Below, one piece after another: positions 1 to 13,020 of a stretch of DNA of 64,000 nt. The notes beneath the pieces were generated by a model. That model had not been told where the DNA came from. It searched no databases and saw only the letters and a list, made by a program, of their open reading frames with translations. Where the stretch lies: assembly GCA_964016885.1 (NCBI GenBank), contig OZ024740.1, positions 169,384,001 to 169,448,000 on the forward strand. Direction: 5' to 3'. Source of the stretch: Eledone cirrhosa (Eukaryota). The translations under genes were made by a program, and so were the position numbers. Every line of letters starts with the position of its first letter. Position 1 is the stretch's first letter.

Positions 1-1175
1 AACATAAATAGTAAGGATAGATTGAAAATAAAATACAACTCTAAGGGGAAAGGGTTAAATGTTATAAGAGAAGAATTAAAACAACGTGTCAGTCAAAAGC
101 GCAAAAACAATGTTTCAGTCAAAAGTGCAAAAATCAAAATATATGAGAGCAGAGTTAACCAGTATAGACAAAACCACATGTTCGACAACAACCATATGCT
201 ATTTGAACAGTTTGAAGGGAAAGAAAGAGGCAATGATGCTACCGCTGAGGGTGAACAGACCAACACATTTTGGAGAGGGATATGGAAGCCAAGAGAAATG
301 GCGTTACCAACTATAGGCCTATCACATGTCTGTACTTAATGTGGAAATTGCTCGCAAACATTATGTTTGAGGAAATTTACTACAACCTCGTCATAAATAA
401 CTTATTGCCGGAGGGAGAGAAAGGATGCCGAAAGAAATCCCGTGGTACCATAGACCAGTTATTTATTGATATGATGATAATAAGGAACTGCAAGAGGAGG
501 CATACTTGTCTTGACATAGAATGGATAGATTACAAGAAGGCATTCGACATGGTTCCTCATTCTTGGATAATAAAGTGTCTGGAAATCTTCAAGATGTTGG
601 GTAACACCAGACTGCTATTAAGTAATAGCATGAATATCTAGAAGACAGAACTAACATCAGGTGGAGAATCCTCGGGAGGAGTGAAAATCAAGAAATGTAT
701 CTTCCAAGGCGATAATCTGTCTCCCTTATTGTTTGTTCTTACCCTCATACATTTGTTCCTCGTCTTGCGAAGAGTGAAGGCAGGATAGGCACCAAGAAGA
801 GAAGAGCTTATCACCAAACCAACGCCTCTTTATGGCCGACATAAAACTCTTCGAGAAGAGTGAGGAGTTGGTTGTACTTGTTAACACTGTTTGAATTTTC
901 AACAATGATATATGTATGGAACTTGGTGGTAATAAGTGTGGAGTTCTAGTGACGAGGAGAGGTAAATTGAAGGAAAGTAGAGGAATTGATGTACAAACGA
1001 GTGAGGTGATAAAGGAGACCGACATCGAAGAAGGATATAGGTATTTGGGTGTACTAGATGCAGATAACACCAAGGACAATAAAATGAAGATAAGATCTAA
1101 AAACATGAGAGTAAGGAACATACTAATATCACATCTGAATAGTAGAAACGTCATAAGTGCAGTAAACTCCCGCAT
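1..1175 (+). pseudogene. Degenerate R4/Dong-like (RLE) non-LTR retrotransposon RT fragment, related to the 56100-59492 element
   Basis: Broken ORFs 22-339, 270-641 and 916-1197 give NYRPITCL, KGCRKKSRGT.DQL, WIDYKKAFDMVPHSWI, YRYLGVL and AVNSR, collinear with the 1130-aa ORF; several frameshifts and stops. Confidence 0.9.
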
Positions 1176-2199
1176 GGTTCTAAGAAAATGGAGATAGAAT
1201 GTGTAGCAGTAAGGGCGGGGCTACAACATGGCCTCAGCCGGATGGCTGGAGGAGGTAAAAGGATATATATATATATATATTATATATATATATATATGAG
1301 AGAGAGAGGGGGAGAAGGATGTGGAGGGAATAAGTGGGCAAGAAGGGAAACTATCTTTAATTTTAAACACCCGCTCAGAATACAGTACATTGATACATTT
1401 GTATATGAGAATAAAAAGGAAGACTCGCAGAGAAAATAATGTAAAGAGAACTAAAGAAAGCGCGAAGGAAAAACAGAGGATCATGTCGTTGAAATAAAAC
1501 ATTTTCAGTAAGAGACAAGTTTAGCATGCAATACAGGAGTTGTATGTCTTATTTGGTTTCTAAATTATATTTAAAAAAAAAGCAAGATAGACGCTTTTGA
1601 AATATATAAAATAATATAAAACAGAAGAGTTTTCTTTTATCTTAATTCATGATGTACTTACCACAAAAATATATTACCAACGCGATTTAGAAAGATATTA
1701 GTATAACAACACACTTTTTTACTTCCCATAACATGTATTATTTTTGCCAAATAAAATATAAATTCATTAATTATCGACAATTGTATGTAAGGATAATGTC
1801 TTAATTTCACCATATAATTTTGGGTATGGTGAAATCCGTAATAAATGCAATATTCTATGAAATTAAAATTTTTTCTATGCTACATTTTTTTCTAGTTCCC
1901 AAACACGCACCCGCTACATGTAATAAATACTATTGCTACAGAGTTCTATAGCATTGGCCACCGAACTTTTAATATCTCGTGAGAACAATTTTGAACAAAT
2001 AGTAGAATCTCGTGTAGAATACCAGTTTCTTAAAATGAATGTACACGGTAAGTTATTTCACATAGAAGCAGCAATAAAAGTGTCGGCTACATATTTAGTT
2101 TTTCTTCCAAGACAAACACAAATGTACACATCTGTAAAATCATATTATCTAAATAAGTATACTAGGCGTTTTAAACTTCAGAGAGGGCTCGATAAGTAT

Positions 2200-2247
2200 T
2201 GTATATATATATGTATATAAGTATATATATATGTATATAAGTATATA

Positions 2248-2285
<38 letters not shown>

Positions 2286-2305
2286 TGTATATATGGATAT
2301 AGATG

Positions 2306-2336
<31 letters not shown>

Positions 2337-2706
2337 GCATATATATATATATATGCATATATATACATGCATATATATATATATATGCATATATATAAAT
2401 GCATATATATATATATATGTGTTTATATATATGTGTATATATATATGCATATATATACATGCATATATATATATATATGCATATATATATACATGCATAT
2501 ATATATATATATGTGTATATATATGTGTATATATATATATATATGTGTATATATATATATATGTGTGTATATATATATATATATGTGTGTATATATATAT
2601 ATATATGTGTATATATATATATATGTGTGTATATATATATATATGTGTATATATATATATATGTGTGTATATATATGTGTATATATATATATATATAAAT
2701 ACATGC

Positions 2707-2737
<31 letters not shown>

Positions 2738-2899
2738 CATGCATATATATATATATATGTATATATATATACATGCATATATATATATGTGTGTATATAT
2801 ATGTGTATATATATATATATATAAATACATGCATATATATATATATATGCATATATATACATGCATATATATATATATGTGTGTGTATATATATATATA

Positions 2900-2988
<89 letters not shown>

Positions 2989-3117
2989 ATATATATATAT
3001 ATATGTGTATATATATATGTGTGTGTATATATATATATATATGTGTATATATATATATATATATGTGTATATATATATGTATATATATATATATATATAT
3101 ATGTGTATATATATATG

Positions 3118-3149
<32 letters not shown>

Positions 3150-3167
3150 TATGTGTATATATATATG

Positions 3168-3245
<78 letters not shown>

Positions 3246-3432
3246 GTATATATATATATGTATATATATATGTATATATATATATATATATCTATATATA
3301 TATATATATATATATATGTGTATATATATATATATATGTGTGTGTGTGTATATATATATATATATGTGTATATATATATGTGTGTGTATATATATATATG
3401 TGTATATATATATATATATATATGTGTATATA

Positions 3433-3483
<51 letters not shown>

Positions 3484-3494
3484 ATATATATATG

Positions 3495-3536
<42 letters not shown>

Positions 3537-3543
3537 TATATAT
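2200..3543. repeat. Long (TA)n microsatellite with TG/TGCA interruptions (~1.35 kb)
   Basis: Read directly; source of the spurious YIYI ORFs. Confidence 0.98.
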
Positions 3544-3619
3544 AACTTTGAAATGTTTTGGCCAGTATTGGCCCAGGCCATGTCTAACTTAATAGCACCA
3601 CCTGGCGAAGTCTTTCAAT

Positions 3620-6600
3620 TCAGGATTTGGGCAACATGGCCCATTCGAGAAGAGAATTACTGTTTGCGGAGACATATCCGGGTGTGGGTTGTTTGTCCGG
3701 GATTACTTGGAGGAATTTGTCCAAAGACTTCTTGAATTTTGTGTGGTCAGTTTCTGTTTTGACGTGTCCTGGTGTGATGTTGAAGAGAGCAGGGCCGATT
3801 GAGGTGAAATAATTGTGCCGTATTGTTGTTATGAGTTGCGATTTAGATTTTTGAATGGGACGGATAGCACGGGGCCCAAGCCTTGGGTGTATCTTGAAGG
3901 CGATGCCAACATCATTTGGGCAGTGATGATGGAACATTTTCCACATCATGCAGATAATATAACGCTCACGGCGACGTTGGAGTGAGTAAAGTTTCAGGTT
4001 TTCTAATCGACCCCAGTAGTCAAGGTCTGATATGCCATCTATCTTTTTCGTGATTGCCCTTTGAGGAGCTTCAAGTTTCATGATACTTTGTTTCGTGTGG
4101 GGAGACCACAGTGGACAACAGTATTCAAGGTGTGGTCGGGCGAAAGTAGAGAAGAGAAGGATAATGGTGCGGGAATCTCTCGACTTGAAGGTTCTGAGGA
4201 TCCAGGAACACATTATGCGGGCCATGTCAACTTTGCTGCTTATATGCGTGGTCCAGCTTATGTTGCTGTCCACGGTTACTCCCAAGTCTCTGATGTTGTT
4301 AGATGCCACGAGAGTTTCCCCGGAGGGAAGGGAGTACGGGAGTTTCAGAGCATCCTCTTTTCCAAAGTGGATCAGTTCGAATTTGTCTTCGTTCAGTAAC
4401 ATGTTGTTCTTTTCTGCCCATTGGGTAACAGCCAGTAGGTCTGACTGAAGGCTTATCCGGTCATCCACGCCATTGATGACCTTTTGGAGCTTGGAATCAT
4501 CAGCGAAAATTTTAATGTTGCTGTGTTTGATGATGTCAGTGATGTCATTAATATAGATGATGAAGAGAAGTGGGCCCAACACAGTGCCTTGTGGGACCCC
4601 ACTACTGACTTTGGCTGGGCTTGATTTGACTCCCTCAACTACAACATGTTGGGTTCTGTTTGACAGGAAGCTCTTGATCCACTGCAGCAGATTTCCAGTG
4701 ACACCAATATAGGACAGCTTTCTCAGTAGAATGTTATGATCAACCCTGTCAAAGGCCTTGCTGAAATCAAGGTAGATAACATCAGTGTTGGAACCCTCTC
4801 CCAAGGCTCTCAAAATGTCATCAAAGTGATGCAGTAGCTGCGTCAGGCAATCCCTTCCATTACGGAATCCATGCTGGTTGGAGTTCAGCATATTGTTACT
4901 CTCAAGGAAGTGGGTCATTCGCGATCTCACCACTCGCTCAAATACCTTAATGATATGAGAGGTGAGTGAGATTGGACGGTAATTCACGGCAAGGGATTTG
5001 TTTCCCTTTTTGAAAACTGGGACAACAGACTGGGATAGAAGGTTTTCTGGCACATATCCAGCATCCAGTGAGTTCCGCCACAGATTGGCAAGAGGAGATG
5101 CAAGTTGGTGTTGACACGCCTTCAAGACACAAGCAGGGAACCTATCGGGACCTACTGCTGAATTATGCTTGATTTCCTTTATTGCCGCCAAGACATCAGG
5201 GGCGCCAAACGTTATGTCCGATAAGGTGTAATGGGGAGTAACATCGCCGATACAGCCCAGATCGGCCATATCAGGATTGCTGAAAACAGAGCAGTATTGT
5301 TTCTGCAGTATCTCACCCATGGTTTTAGCATTGTCTTGAAGAGTGCCATTTTCATCAATTAGAGGGCCAACAGTAGAGCCAGTGATTTTGTGTTTTTTTG
5401 CAAATGAAAAGAACACTTTGGGATTGAGTTTGATCTTCTCAATGGCCCAGGCCTCTTCAGCTCTTCTCTGATTGTTGATGAGGGACATTATGTTGTTTTG
5501 GAGGTTATGTTTTTTAATCTCTAGTGATGAAATGGCAGTCAAGTTGATGTGTTGCTGCTGACAGTATTTCAGCTTGTTGATTTTTTTGTTCGTTCTCTTA
5601 ATTTTTCTGATGAGCGTTTTTCTATTTCTAGGGATTCTGCTCTTAGATTTGTTTATAGTTCTTAATGGGGTGTGTTTAGCACATATGTTTGTAACAGTGT
5701 CCACAAATGTCTGCCAGGACTTTTTGATGTTAGTGGGTGTATGAGTGTGCGTGAAGGACCAGTCGACATGTGCAAGATCATGACTGATCGCTTCCCAGTT
5801 TGCATTGTGGAAATCCATAGCGTCAAACGGATGGACAGGAGAGATGACATTGGGTTTGTATATTGGACGGTGGAATCTCAGATCACAGAGAACCATGTCA
5901 TGATCAGAGAGTAGAGTTTTCTCCACTGCAATATTGTGGATATTGTCAGTGTGATTGCTGAAAATTAAGTCTAGGACGTTTTTGTGGCACCTCGTTGGTT
6001 CGAGCACCAGTTGGGATAGCAAGAAATCATCCATGAAGTCAAGAAGCGATTCCACAGCTTCCCTGTCAGAGGTTGAGGCAGAAGAACCTGGTGGCAGGCT
6101 GTTTGTGGACCAGTCAACTCCGGGGAGGTTGAAGTCCCCCATCATTAAGATGTTGTCAGGGTGACACTCTTGGATGAAACACTTTATGCTGTTGAGGCAT
6201 TCCTTGAAGCATGGTACAGGCGTTTGGGGTGGCCTATAGAGCCCAACTACTAATAGGTTGTTGGTTTGACTGAATACAGTGATTGCTTCACAGTATCCAT
6301 TAGTGAATATGTTCATAGCCTCTGTTGAGAAAGAATTATGGACATAAATGGCAGTTCCGCCCTTTCTTCTGCCAGCGCGATCAGCACGGATGGCTTTGAA
6401 ATTTTTCACTTTCACCTCGGCTTCCAAGTGGAGGTTACTGAGATGGGTTTCAGTGAGGACGAAGAAAGGGATGTGGTTTGGATGGACATCAATCCAGTCC
6501 TCCAGGAATTTGATCTTCCATTTTTGAGTATTGGTGGAAGGGCTGATGCCTTGGGCGTTAAGCAAAAATGTAGAGGCGAGAGTGGATGGTTTTAATTGTT

Positions 6601-6640
6601 TTGGTGTGTTGTTAATTTGTTTGTTTGTTAATGGCAGCAA
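3620..6640 (-). CDS. LINE ORF2: apurinic-type endonuclease + reverse transcriptase (uninterrupted; no ATG start)
   Basis: APE motifs LTETHL, YRPP, MGDFN, LDLIF, SDH; RT motifs [39 protein letters not shown]; CR1-like C-terminus [13 protein letters not shown] and LQRRRER. The frame is open upstream to 6757. Confidence 0.95.
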   Translation of the reverse strand: MLPLTNKQINNTPKQLKPSTLASTFLLNAQGISPSTNTQKWKIKFLEDWIDVHPNHIPFFVLTETHLSNLHLEAEVKVKNFKAIRADRAGRRKGGTAIYVHNSFSTEAMNIFTNGYCEAITVFSQTNNLLVVGLYRPPQTPVPCFKECLNSIKCFIQECHPDNILMMGDFNLPGVDWSTNSLPPGSSASTSDREAVESLLDFMDDFLLSQLVLEPTRCHKNVLDLIFSNHTDNIHNIAVEKTLLSDHDMVLCDLRFHRPIYKPNVISPVHPFDAMDFHNANWEAISHDLAHVDWSFTHTHTPTNIKKSWQTFVDTVTNICAKHTPLRTINKSKSRIPRNRKTLIRKIKRTNKKINKLKYCQQQHINLTAISSLEIKKHNLQNNIMSLINNQRRAEEAWAIEKIKLNPKVFFSFAKKHKITGSTVGPLIDENGTLQDNAKTMGEILQKQYCSVFSNPDMADLGCIGDVTPHYTLSDITFGAPDVLAAIKEIKHNSAVGPDRFPACVLKACQHQLASPLANLWRNSLDAGYVPENLLSQSVVPVFKKGNKSLAVNYRPISLTSHIIKVFERVVRSRMTHFLESNNMLNSNQHGFRNGRDCLTQLLHHFDDILRALGEGSNTDVIYLDFSKAFDRVDHNILLRKLSYIGVTGNLLQWIKSFLSNRTQHVVVEGVKSSPAKVSSGVPQGTVLGPLLFIIYINDITDIIKHSNIKIFADDSKLQKVINGVDDRISLQSDLLAVTQWAEKNNMLLNEDKFELIHFGKEDALKLPYSLPSGETLVASNNIRDLGVTVDSNISWTTHISSKVDMARIMCSWILRTFKSRDSRTIILLFSTFARPHLEYCCPLWSPHTKQSIMKLEAPQRAITKKIDGISDLDYWGRLENLKLYSLQRRRERYIICMMWKMFHHHCPNDVGIAFKIHPRLGPRAIRPIQKSKSQLITTIRHNYFTSIGPALFNITPGHVKTETDHTKFKKSLDKFLQVIPDKQPTPGYVSANSNSLLEWAMLPKS

Positions 6641-7772
6641 TGGGAGTTTGTGCAGTGGGGTGATAGTGGAGGGTGGTGCTGGGTGATAGCTCGAATGTTT
6701 TTTTCCAGTTCTTTTGCCAGATTCATTATGGCTAAAAAAGAGGAAGAAGTTTCCTGTTTAGAAGACTGTTGGTGACTGTGGTAGTAGTTATTTTTATGTA
6801 GGTTATGGTTTTTGTTTTTGCTTTTATTTTTAATTTTATTTTCATTTGTCCGACGGGTCCCCGGGAGATGGGTAAAGGGACAATCCCGGTCTAAACACAA
6901 TCTGTCTCGCAGGGAAAAACGGCAGATTTGTGGATTCCTTGTTTGAGTTATTGGTGGTTGTGTTGGTGTTAAATTAGAGTATGTATTATGGTGGTGGCTG
7001 TTTGTGGGGATAGATCGTTTTGTCCTAGGTAAATGGGTGAATTTGCAGCCACTATCCGTACATATTGTATAGCGTAGAGAGTAGCGGCAAATGATGGGGT
7101 TTCGAGTGGGTGGGTATGTGGGTGTGTGTGTTGTGAGAGGTGTAGATGATGGTTTGGGTAGGATTTGACGACCTTTGTGGACTGTGGAGGGAGAGTTCTT
7201 GTTCTGGTATTAGAAGGTAAATTCCTTGACATAGCACTAGACAAAAATGTTGTAGTAGTAGTAGTAGGCAGAGATGTTGGCAGTGGTGATGATTGGACTG
7301 CTGGGCCAGAGAAAGGATGTGGCGTTTCATGCTGTGAGACAGAGGCTACTGGGGGGTCAATAGTTTCATTTAGTAGATCGGCCATTGTTGATGAATCAAG
7401 GAGTGGTTCACACTGTTGTTGTCGTTGTTGTTGTTGTTGCTGTTGTTGATGTTGTTGTTGTAGCTGTTGTTGTTGTTGCTGTTGTAGCTGCTGTTGTTGT
7501 TGTTGCTGCTGCTGGACAGCATTCGAAGAGAAAACACACCGTAGTTTATCCAAATGTTTATTGATTAATTTAAAAGCAATTTCGATTTGCTTTAATTTAT
7601 TTTGAATCTGTTGTTCAGATCGAGTTTTCAAAAATTGAACTGTACGTTTAGCAATGTCGTTCAGAGATGAAGCATCTATGTCTTCTGTTTGGGAAAGGCA
7701 ATGCCATGTGTTTATTAGAATGTCTATTTCATTATCAGACCAGTTCTGTTTGGATTTTTGCTGGTTAGCCAT
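6628..7772 (-). CDS. LINE ORF1 in two frames: N-terminal Myb/SANT-like + polyQ part (ATG 7772) and C-terminal part with two CCCH zinc fingers (frame open 7209-6628)
   Basis: WSDNEIDILINTW at the N-terminus, a Q-rich tract, then in the -1 frame RNPIICRYSLRYTICTDSGCKFTHLP (~7100-7030) and RNPQICRFSLRDRLCLDRDCPFTHLP (~6940-6860). One frame break lies between 7209 and about 7090. Confidence 0.75.
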
Positions 7773-8073
7773 TCTAGTTTTGAGTGTGTGTGTGTTTTAG
7801 TTAAGTATTTCAATATATATATATATTTTTTTTAATTTATTTTTTTGTTTTTTGTTTTTCTTGTGTGTGAGTGAGAAGAGTATATATATAAATATGAGTA
7901 TATATATATATATGTATATTCTGGTTATTTGAAATTAATTAAGTTAATGAAAAGACGAAAGTATATAATAATAATTTGTAGTTAAAGGAAAATGTACTCA
8001 CAAGTTCGAAAACACGCGGTTTCAAATATATAATAATATAGATGTATGTAAATGTATTAACCGGTCAATTTTT

Positions 8074-8135
<62 letters not shown>

Positions 8136-8154
8136 ATGTATATATATATGTGTA

Positions 8155-8191
<37 letters not shown>

Positions 8192-8246
8192 GAGGATCTC
8201 ATACAATCCTAACCTTCTAACCAACCTTCCTAACACCTCTCCCTCC

Positions 8247-8346
8247 CGCCCCCACGCACCACCATTGTTATTACGTGGACCAATCATAAGCCAGAGCCCC
8301 CACGCATCACCATTATTATTACGCGGACCAATCATAAGCCAGAGGC
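8247..8346 (+). repeat. Two ~49-bp tandem units, each with a CCAAT box, in the RTE 5' UTR (possible internal promoter)
   Basis: GCCCCACGCA(C/T)CACCATT(G/A)TTATTACG(T/C)GGACCAATCATAAGCCAGA occurs twice. The promoter role is inference. Confidence 0.6.
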
Positions 8347-8580
8347 CTATACTATCGCTTGCCCGGTTGCCTTTCGATATATGATGGATGGATGGATGGA
8401 CTGCGGAATCCTGGAGAGTGGAAGAGAGAGAGAAAAATCTGGACGCTCAGCGACAATGCCAAAGATAAAGACAAATCCTCCTCGTGGACGAGAATGCGAG
8501 CACTCCTCTTTGTTTCGACCGCGGACGGCTAACATAACCCCATCTCCCCCCGCTCCCACCTCCCCCACCCTCCAAACGCA

Positions 8581-11500
8581 ATCCAATACTTCAGAGTTGG
8601 TACCATAAATGTAGGCACCCTAAAGGGTCGCGCTAATGAGGTTGTAGAAATGCTTGAACATAAGGAGGTCGATGTTTGTTGTATTCAAGAGACCAGGTGG
8701 AGGGGTGGGTCTGCTAGATTCATTGAGGGTAAAAAACGATGTTATAAGCTTTTCTGGGTGGGAAACGACGATGGGCTGGGTGGAGTAGGAATCATGGTAG
8801 CAGAAAAGTGGGCAGATAAGATAATAGACGTAAATAGAGTGAACGACAGAATAATTAAAATACGACTTGTCCTCAATAGAACCTAGGTGACAGTAATATC
8901 TGCGTACGCACCCCAATCCGGACTGGCCGGCATTATAAAAGACAGATTCTGTGAGACACTGATGCTCTCTACCTCACAAATAACCGACAGTGACTATATA
9001 ATTATTGCAGGCGACCTAAATGGTCACGTTGGACAACATTGTGACGGCTACGACGAAATCCATGGAGGCTATGGGTTTGGTACTAGAAATGAGGAAGGCT
9101 CCAGAATCCTGGAATTCTGTGACGCAAATAACCTAACTATCTGTAACACTAACTTCAAAAAACGTGACAATCACCTGATCACCTATAGATCCGGGGAACA
9201 CACAAGCCAGGTAGATTATATCCTTACCAGAAGACGTGACAGAGTGTCTGTTGTAAACACCAAATCCCTCCCCCATGAAGAATGCACCTCCCAACATAGA
9301 CTGATAATTAGCGACCTCATAGTCAGGACGAGACGTACTAGACAGCAGAAGAGGACTATCCTCAGGAGAAAAATATGGAAGCTAAAGGACCCCACAGCCA
9401 GAAATAAATTTCAAAGCATACTACTTGATGCTTTCGACAGTAAGGAAGAGCATTTAAAGTCGGACAATATAGAGGGACAGTGGGAATTTCTGAAAGCAAA
9501 CCTGCTGATGGCGACAGACGAAGTCTGTGGCTGGAGCAGGCCAGTAGGCAGGAGGAGAGTAACATGGTGGTGGAACAGTAAGGTGGAGGGGTCAATTAAG
9601 GCCAAAAAGCAGGCTTGGAAAGTATGGCGGGATGGCGGAAGTAGAGACGACTATCAAGTGGCCAGGAGGGAAGCTAGGAGACAAGTGTACTTCGCAAGAA
9701 GGGAAGCAGAGGAAAGAAAGTTCAAGCATGTTCTACAACGCGAGGACCAAAAACGTGAGGTGTTCAGGATTGCTAGGCAATGTGTCAAGGAAAACCGTGA
9801 TATTGTCGGGGAGAAGTGTGTACTTGATGATGACGGCGTACTTGCCATCACCGACGCTGATAAGAAGGTAGCTTGGAAGTGTCACTATGAAAGGCTACTA
9901 AATGAGGAGAATAAATGGGAGAAAGACAGTCTCCCCCACATCGACCCAATAGAGGGACCAGCAGTGTTAGTCGAGGGGAGTATAATAAGTAAGGCAATCA
10001 AGGATATGAAGACGGGTAAGGCGGCTGGACCTTCGGAAATAGTCGCTGAGATGCTGAAGGCATCTGGCACGGTGGGACACACCATGGTCACCCGCATAAT
10101 TAACCAAGTCGTACAGAATGGGGTTGTTCCGAAGGACTGGCATAGCAGCATCATCGTTAACTGTTATAAGGGTAAAGGAGACGCCCTAGATAGGAGTAAC
10201 TATAGAGGCATTAAATTAATCGACCAGGTCATGAAGGTCACGGAAAAAGTAATAGCGCAACTAATCAGAGAGAGAATTGACCTAGATGAAATGCAGTTCG
10301 GGTTTGTGTCAGGCAAAAGTACCACAGACGCTCTTTTCATTGTACGACAACTACAGGAGAAGTACCTAGCTAAAGGTAAACCCCTCTACTTAGCTTTTGT
10401 CGACTTGGAGAAGGCCTTCGACAGAGTCCCCCGCTCCATTATCTGGTGGGCTCTTAGAAAACTAGGTGTTGACGAATGGCTTGTGAGAGCGATACAAGCC
10501 ATGTATAAAGAAACAGTCAGCAAGGTTAGAATTAACAACGAACATAGTGAAGAGTTTAGCGTAAAAGTTGGCGTCCATCAGGGCTCTGTTCTCAGCCCCC
10601 TACTATTTATTATTGCCCTTCAGGCTATAACAGAGGAGTTCAAGACCGGCTGCCCATGGGAACTCCTATACGCAGACGACCTGACACTCATAGCTGAATC
10701 AATGGCCGAGCTAGAGAAGAAATTCCAAACATGGAAGCACGGCCTAGAATCAAAAGGACTTAAAATTAACCTGACTAAGACTAAAGTTCTAGTTTGTAGG
10801 AAAGAAAATAAGGCGGCGGTCCCTTCTGGGAAATGGCCATGATCAGTGTGTAGGAAAGGCGTAGGTAGAAACTCCATTTTATGTCCCAAATGCAAAGTAT
10901 GGGTGCATAAAAGATGTAGTGGGATCACAGGTAAGCTAACTAAGAACATAGATTTTACATGTGGCCGGTGCTCTGGTGCAATAAGTAGCAGCAAGTGCCC
11001 ACAAAATACTAGCTCTTACAACTGCGCAGAGGGCTCTATAGAAATAGTGGACAGCTTCCGTTACCTGGGTGACAAAATCAGCAGTGGGGGAGGGTGCTCA
11101 GAACGTACAGTAGCTAGAGTCAGAACTGGATGGAAAAAGTTCAGAGAGCTTACACCACTATTAGCTGCTAAAGGGTTCTCCCTAAAAATGAAAGGCAGGT
11201 TGTATAATGCCTGCATACGAACAGCAATGTTGCATGGCAGTGAGACCTGGGCATTGTGTGCAGAGGATATACGCAGACTAGAGAGGAACGAAGCTTGCAT
11301 GCTCCGCTGGATGTGTAACAGTAATATACGTGAACGGCAAAGCATAAACGAACTAAGGAAAAAATTAGAAATAAGAGGGATCAGATGTTGTTTACTCGAG
11401 AGAAGGCTACGTTGGTATGGACACGTGATGCGCATGAAAGTCGATAGCTGTATAACAAAGTGCAGGGCAATAAAGATAGACGGTAGCCACGGAATAGGCA

Positions 11501-11625
11501 GACCTAGAAAAACCTGGGACGAGCTGACAAACTCCGACCTCACACACTTACACCTCTCCAAGACAATGTCACTGGACCGAGACCTTTGGCGGTACTCAGT
11601 AACAGAGAAGACCCGCCTTACCTAA
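8581..11625 (+). pseudogene. RTE ORF (APE + RT + PHD-like Cys finger) with two in-frame stops (TAG 8884-8886, TGA 10840-10842)
   Basis: FRVGTINVGTL, IQETRW, YAPQ, GDLNGHVG, VDYIL, QHRL, NYRGIKL, QFGF, DLEKAFD, GVHQGSVLSP, YADD, W[P*]SVC..C..C..WVHKRC, RLRWYGHV, GRPRKTW, all in one frame. Confidence 0.92.
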
Positions 11626-12014
11626 ATACATAGTAAAACCTACTACAGCCAGTAGGCATCTCTAACAAAATATACCCCGTCCCACCACCCCCACCCCATC
11701 CACACCACCCCCTTCTATGTAAAGTTATGTCGGTGCCTCGCCATCCAGGCCGAAACAAATGAGATCGTGTAGGTGTCACGACAAAAAAACACACAGTCCA
11801 CGCTGTAATGTGGCCGTGTAGGCAACACGGTAAAAACCTCCCAGACCCACACTGTAAATGTGGTTGGTGTTAAGAAGGGCATCCAACTGTAGAAAACCCG
11901 CCAGACAGTCCTATGCGAGCAAGACAATCACTCTTGCCTCAAGTGAGAATACCCCCGTCCAAACCCATGCAAGCGTGGAACACGGACGTTAAACGTTGAC
12001 GATGATGATGATGA

Positions 12015-12053
<39 letters not shown>

Positions 12054-12056
<3 letters not shown>

Positions 12057-12469
12057 AAGAAGAGAAATAGGACGAAGGTAAACAATTACAAAAGAATTTA
12101 ATCCACGTATTTACAATTGTTTCATCAGAATTTCAGTCCATTATTGCTACACTATGTTATATTCTAACTTTGTATATATTCCAACTTTGTATTTTGAAAA
12201 TTCGGATGCCACAGTATCTATCTTGATTGCCTATTATAACATAGTGTAGCAATAATGGACTGAAATTCTGATGAAACAATTGTAAATACGTGGATTAAAT
12301 TCTTTTGTAATTGTTTACCTTCGTCCTATTTCTCTTCTTTGATTACACTCCTCGTTTGTTCGTGTTTCCACTACAGAATCCCTACCAACCTGTCGAGTCA
12401 CCTTAACGTATGTTGAGAACTTTCCTCACAACTTGTTCTACCAAGCTTTGGAATACTCCTAATAACTGA

Positions 12470-12470
<1 letters not shown>
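12054..12470 (+). mobile_element. Short PLE remnant: ~105-bp inverted repeat + ~130-bp tail in (TA)n
   Basis: About 12054-12160 is the reverse complement of about 12236-12343; contains the HHR 3' half GAAACAATTGTA. Confidence 0.75.
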
Positions 12471-12502
<32 letters not shown>

Positions 12503-12506
12503 AATA

Positions 12507-12608
<102 letters not shown>

Positions 12609-12640
12609 TGTGTATATATATATATATATATGTGTATATA

Positions 12641-12701
<61 letters not shown>

Positions 12702-12727
12702 ATATATATATATATATGTGTATATAT

Positions 12728-12785
<58 letters not shown>

Positions 12786-12800
12786 GTGTATATATATATA

Positions 12801-12895
<95 letters not shown>

Positions 12896-12910
12896 ATATA
12901 TATATATGTG

Positions 12911-12979
<69 letters not shown>

Positions 12980-13020
12980 GTGTATATATATATACATATA
13001 TATATGTGTATATATATATA

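Larger units (their letters stand above)
3544..8077 (-). mobile_element. Near full-length CR1/L2(Jockey)-group LINE inserted in (TA)n
   Basis: ORF1 + ORF2 (APE-RT), short 3' UTR 3544-3619, 5' UTR about 7773-8077, (TA)n on both sides. Confidence 0.88.
8189..12017 (+). mobile_element. RTE-clade LINE, near full length, inserted in (TA)n, with (GAT)n 3' tail
   Basis: APE-RT frame 8533-11625, 3' UTR ending GACGTTAAACGTTGAC(GAT)n, (TA)n on both flanks. Confidence 0.9.

Noticed and set aside
2149-3735. Long YIYI/ICIY ORFs here and at 12398-13167, 16219-16606, 24735-25779 and 26929-28660
   Set aside because: Translations of stop-free (TA)n microsatellites, not genes.
8456-8608. Programmed frameshift at the RTE ORF start
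   Set aside because: The ATG frame is offset from the APE frame, but there is no in-phase slippery heptamer; an indel in the C-runs of a decayed copy is simpler.
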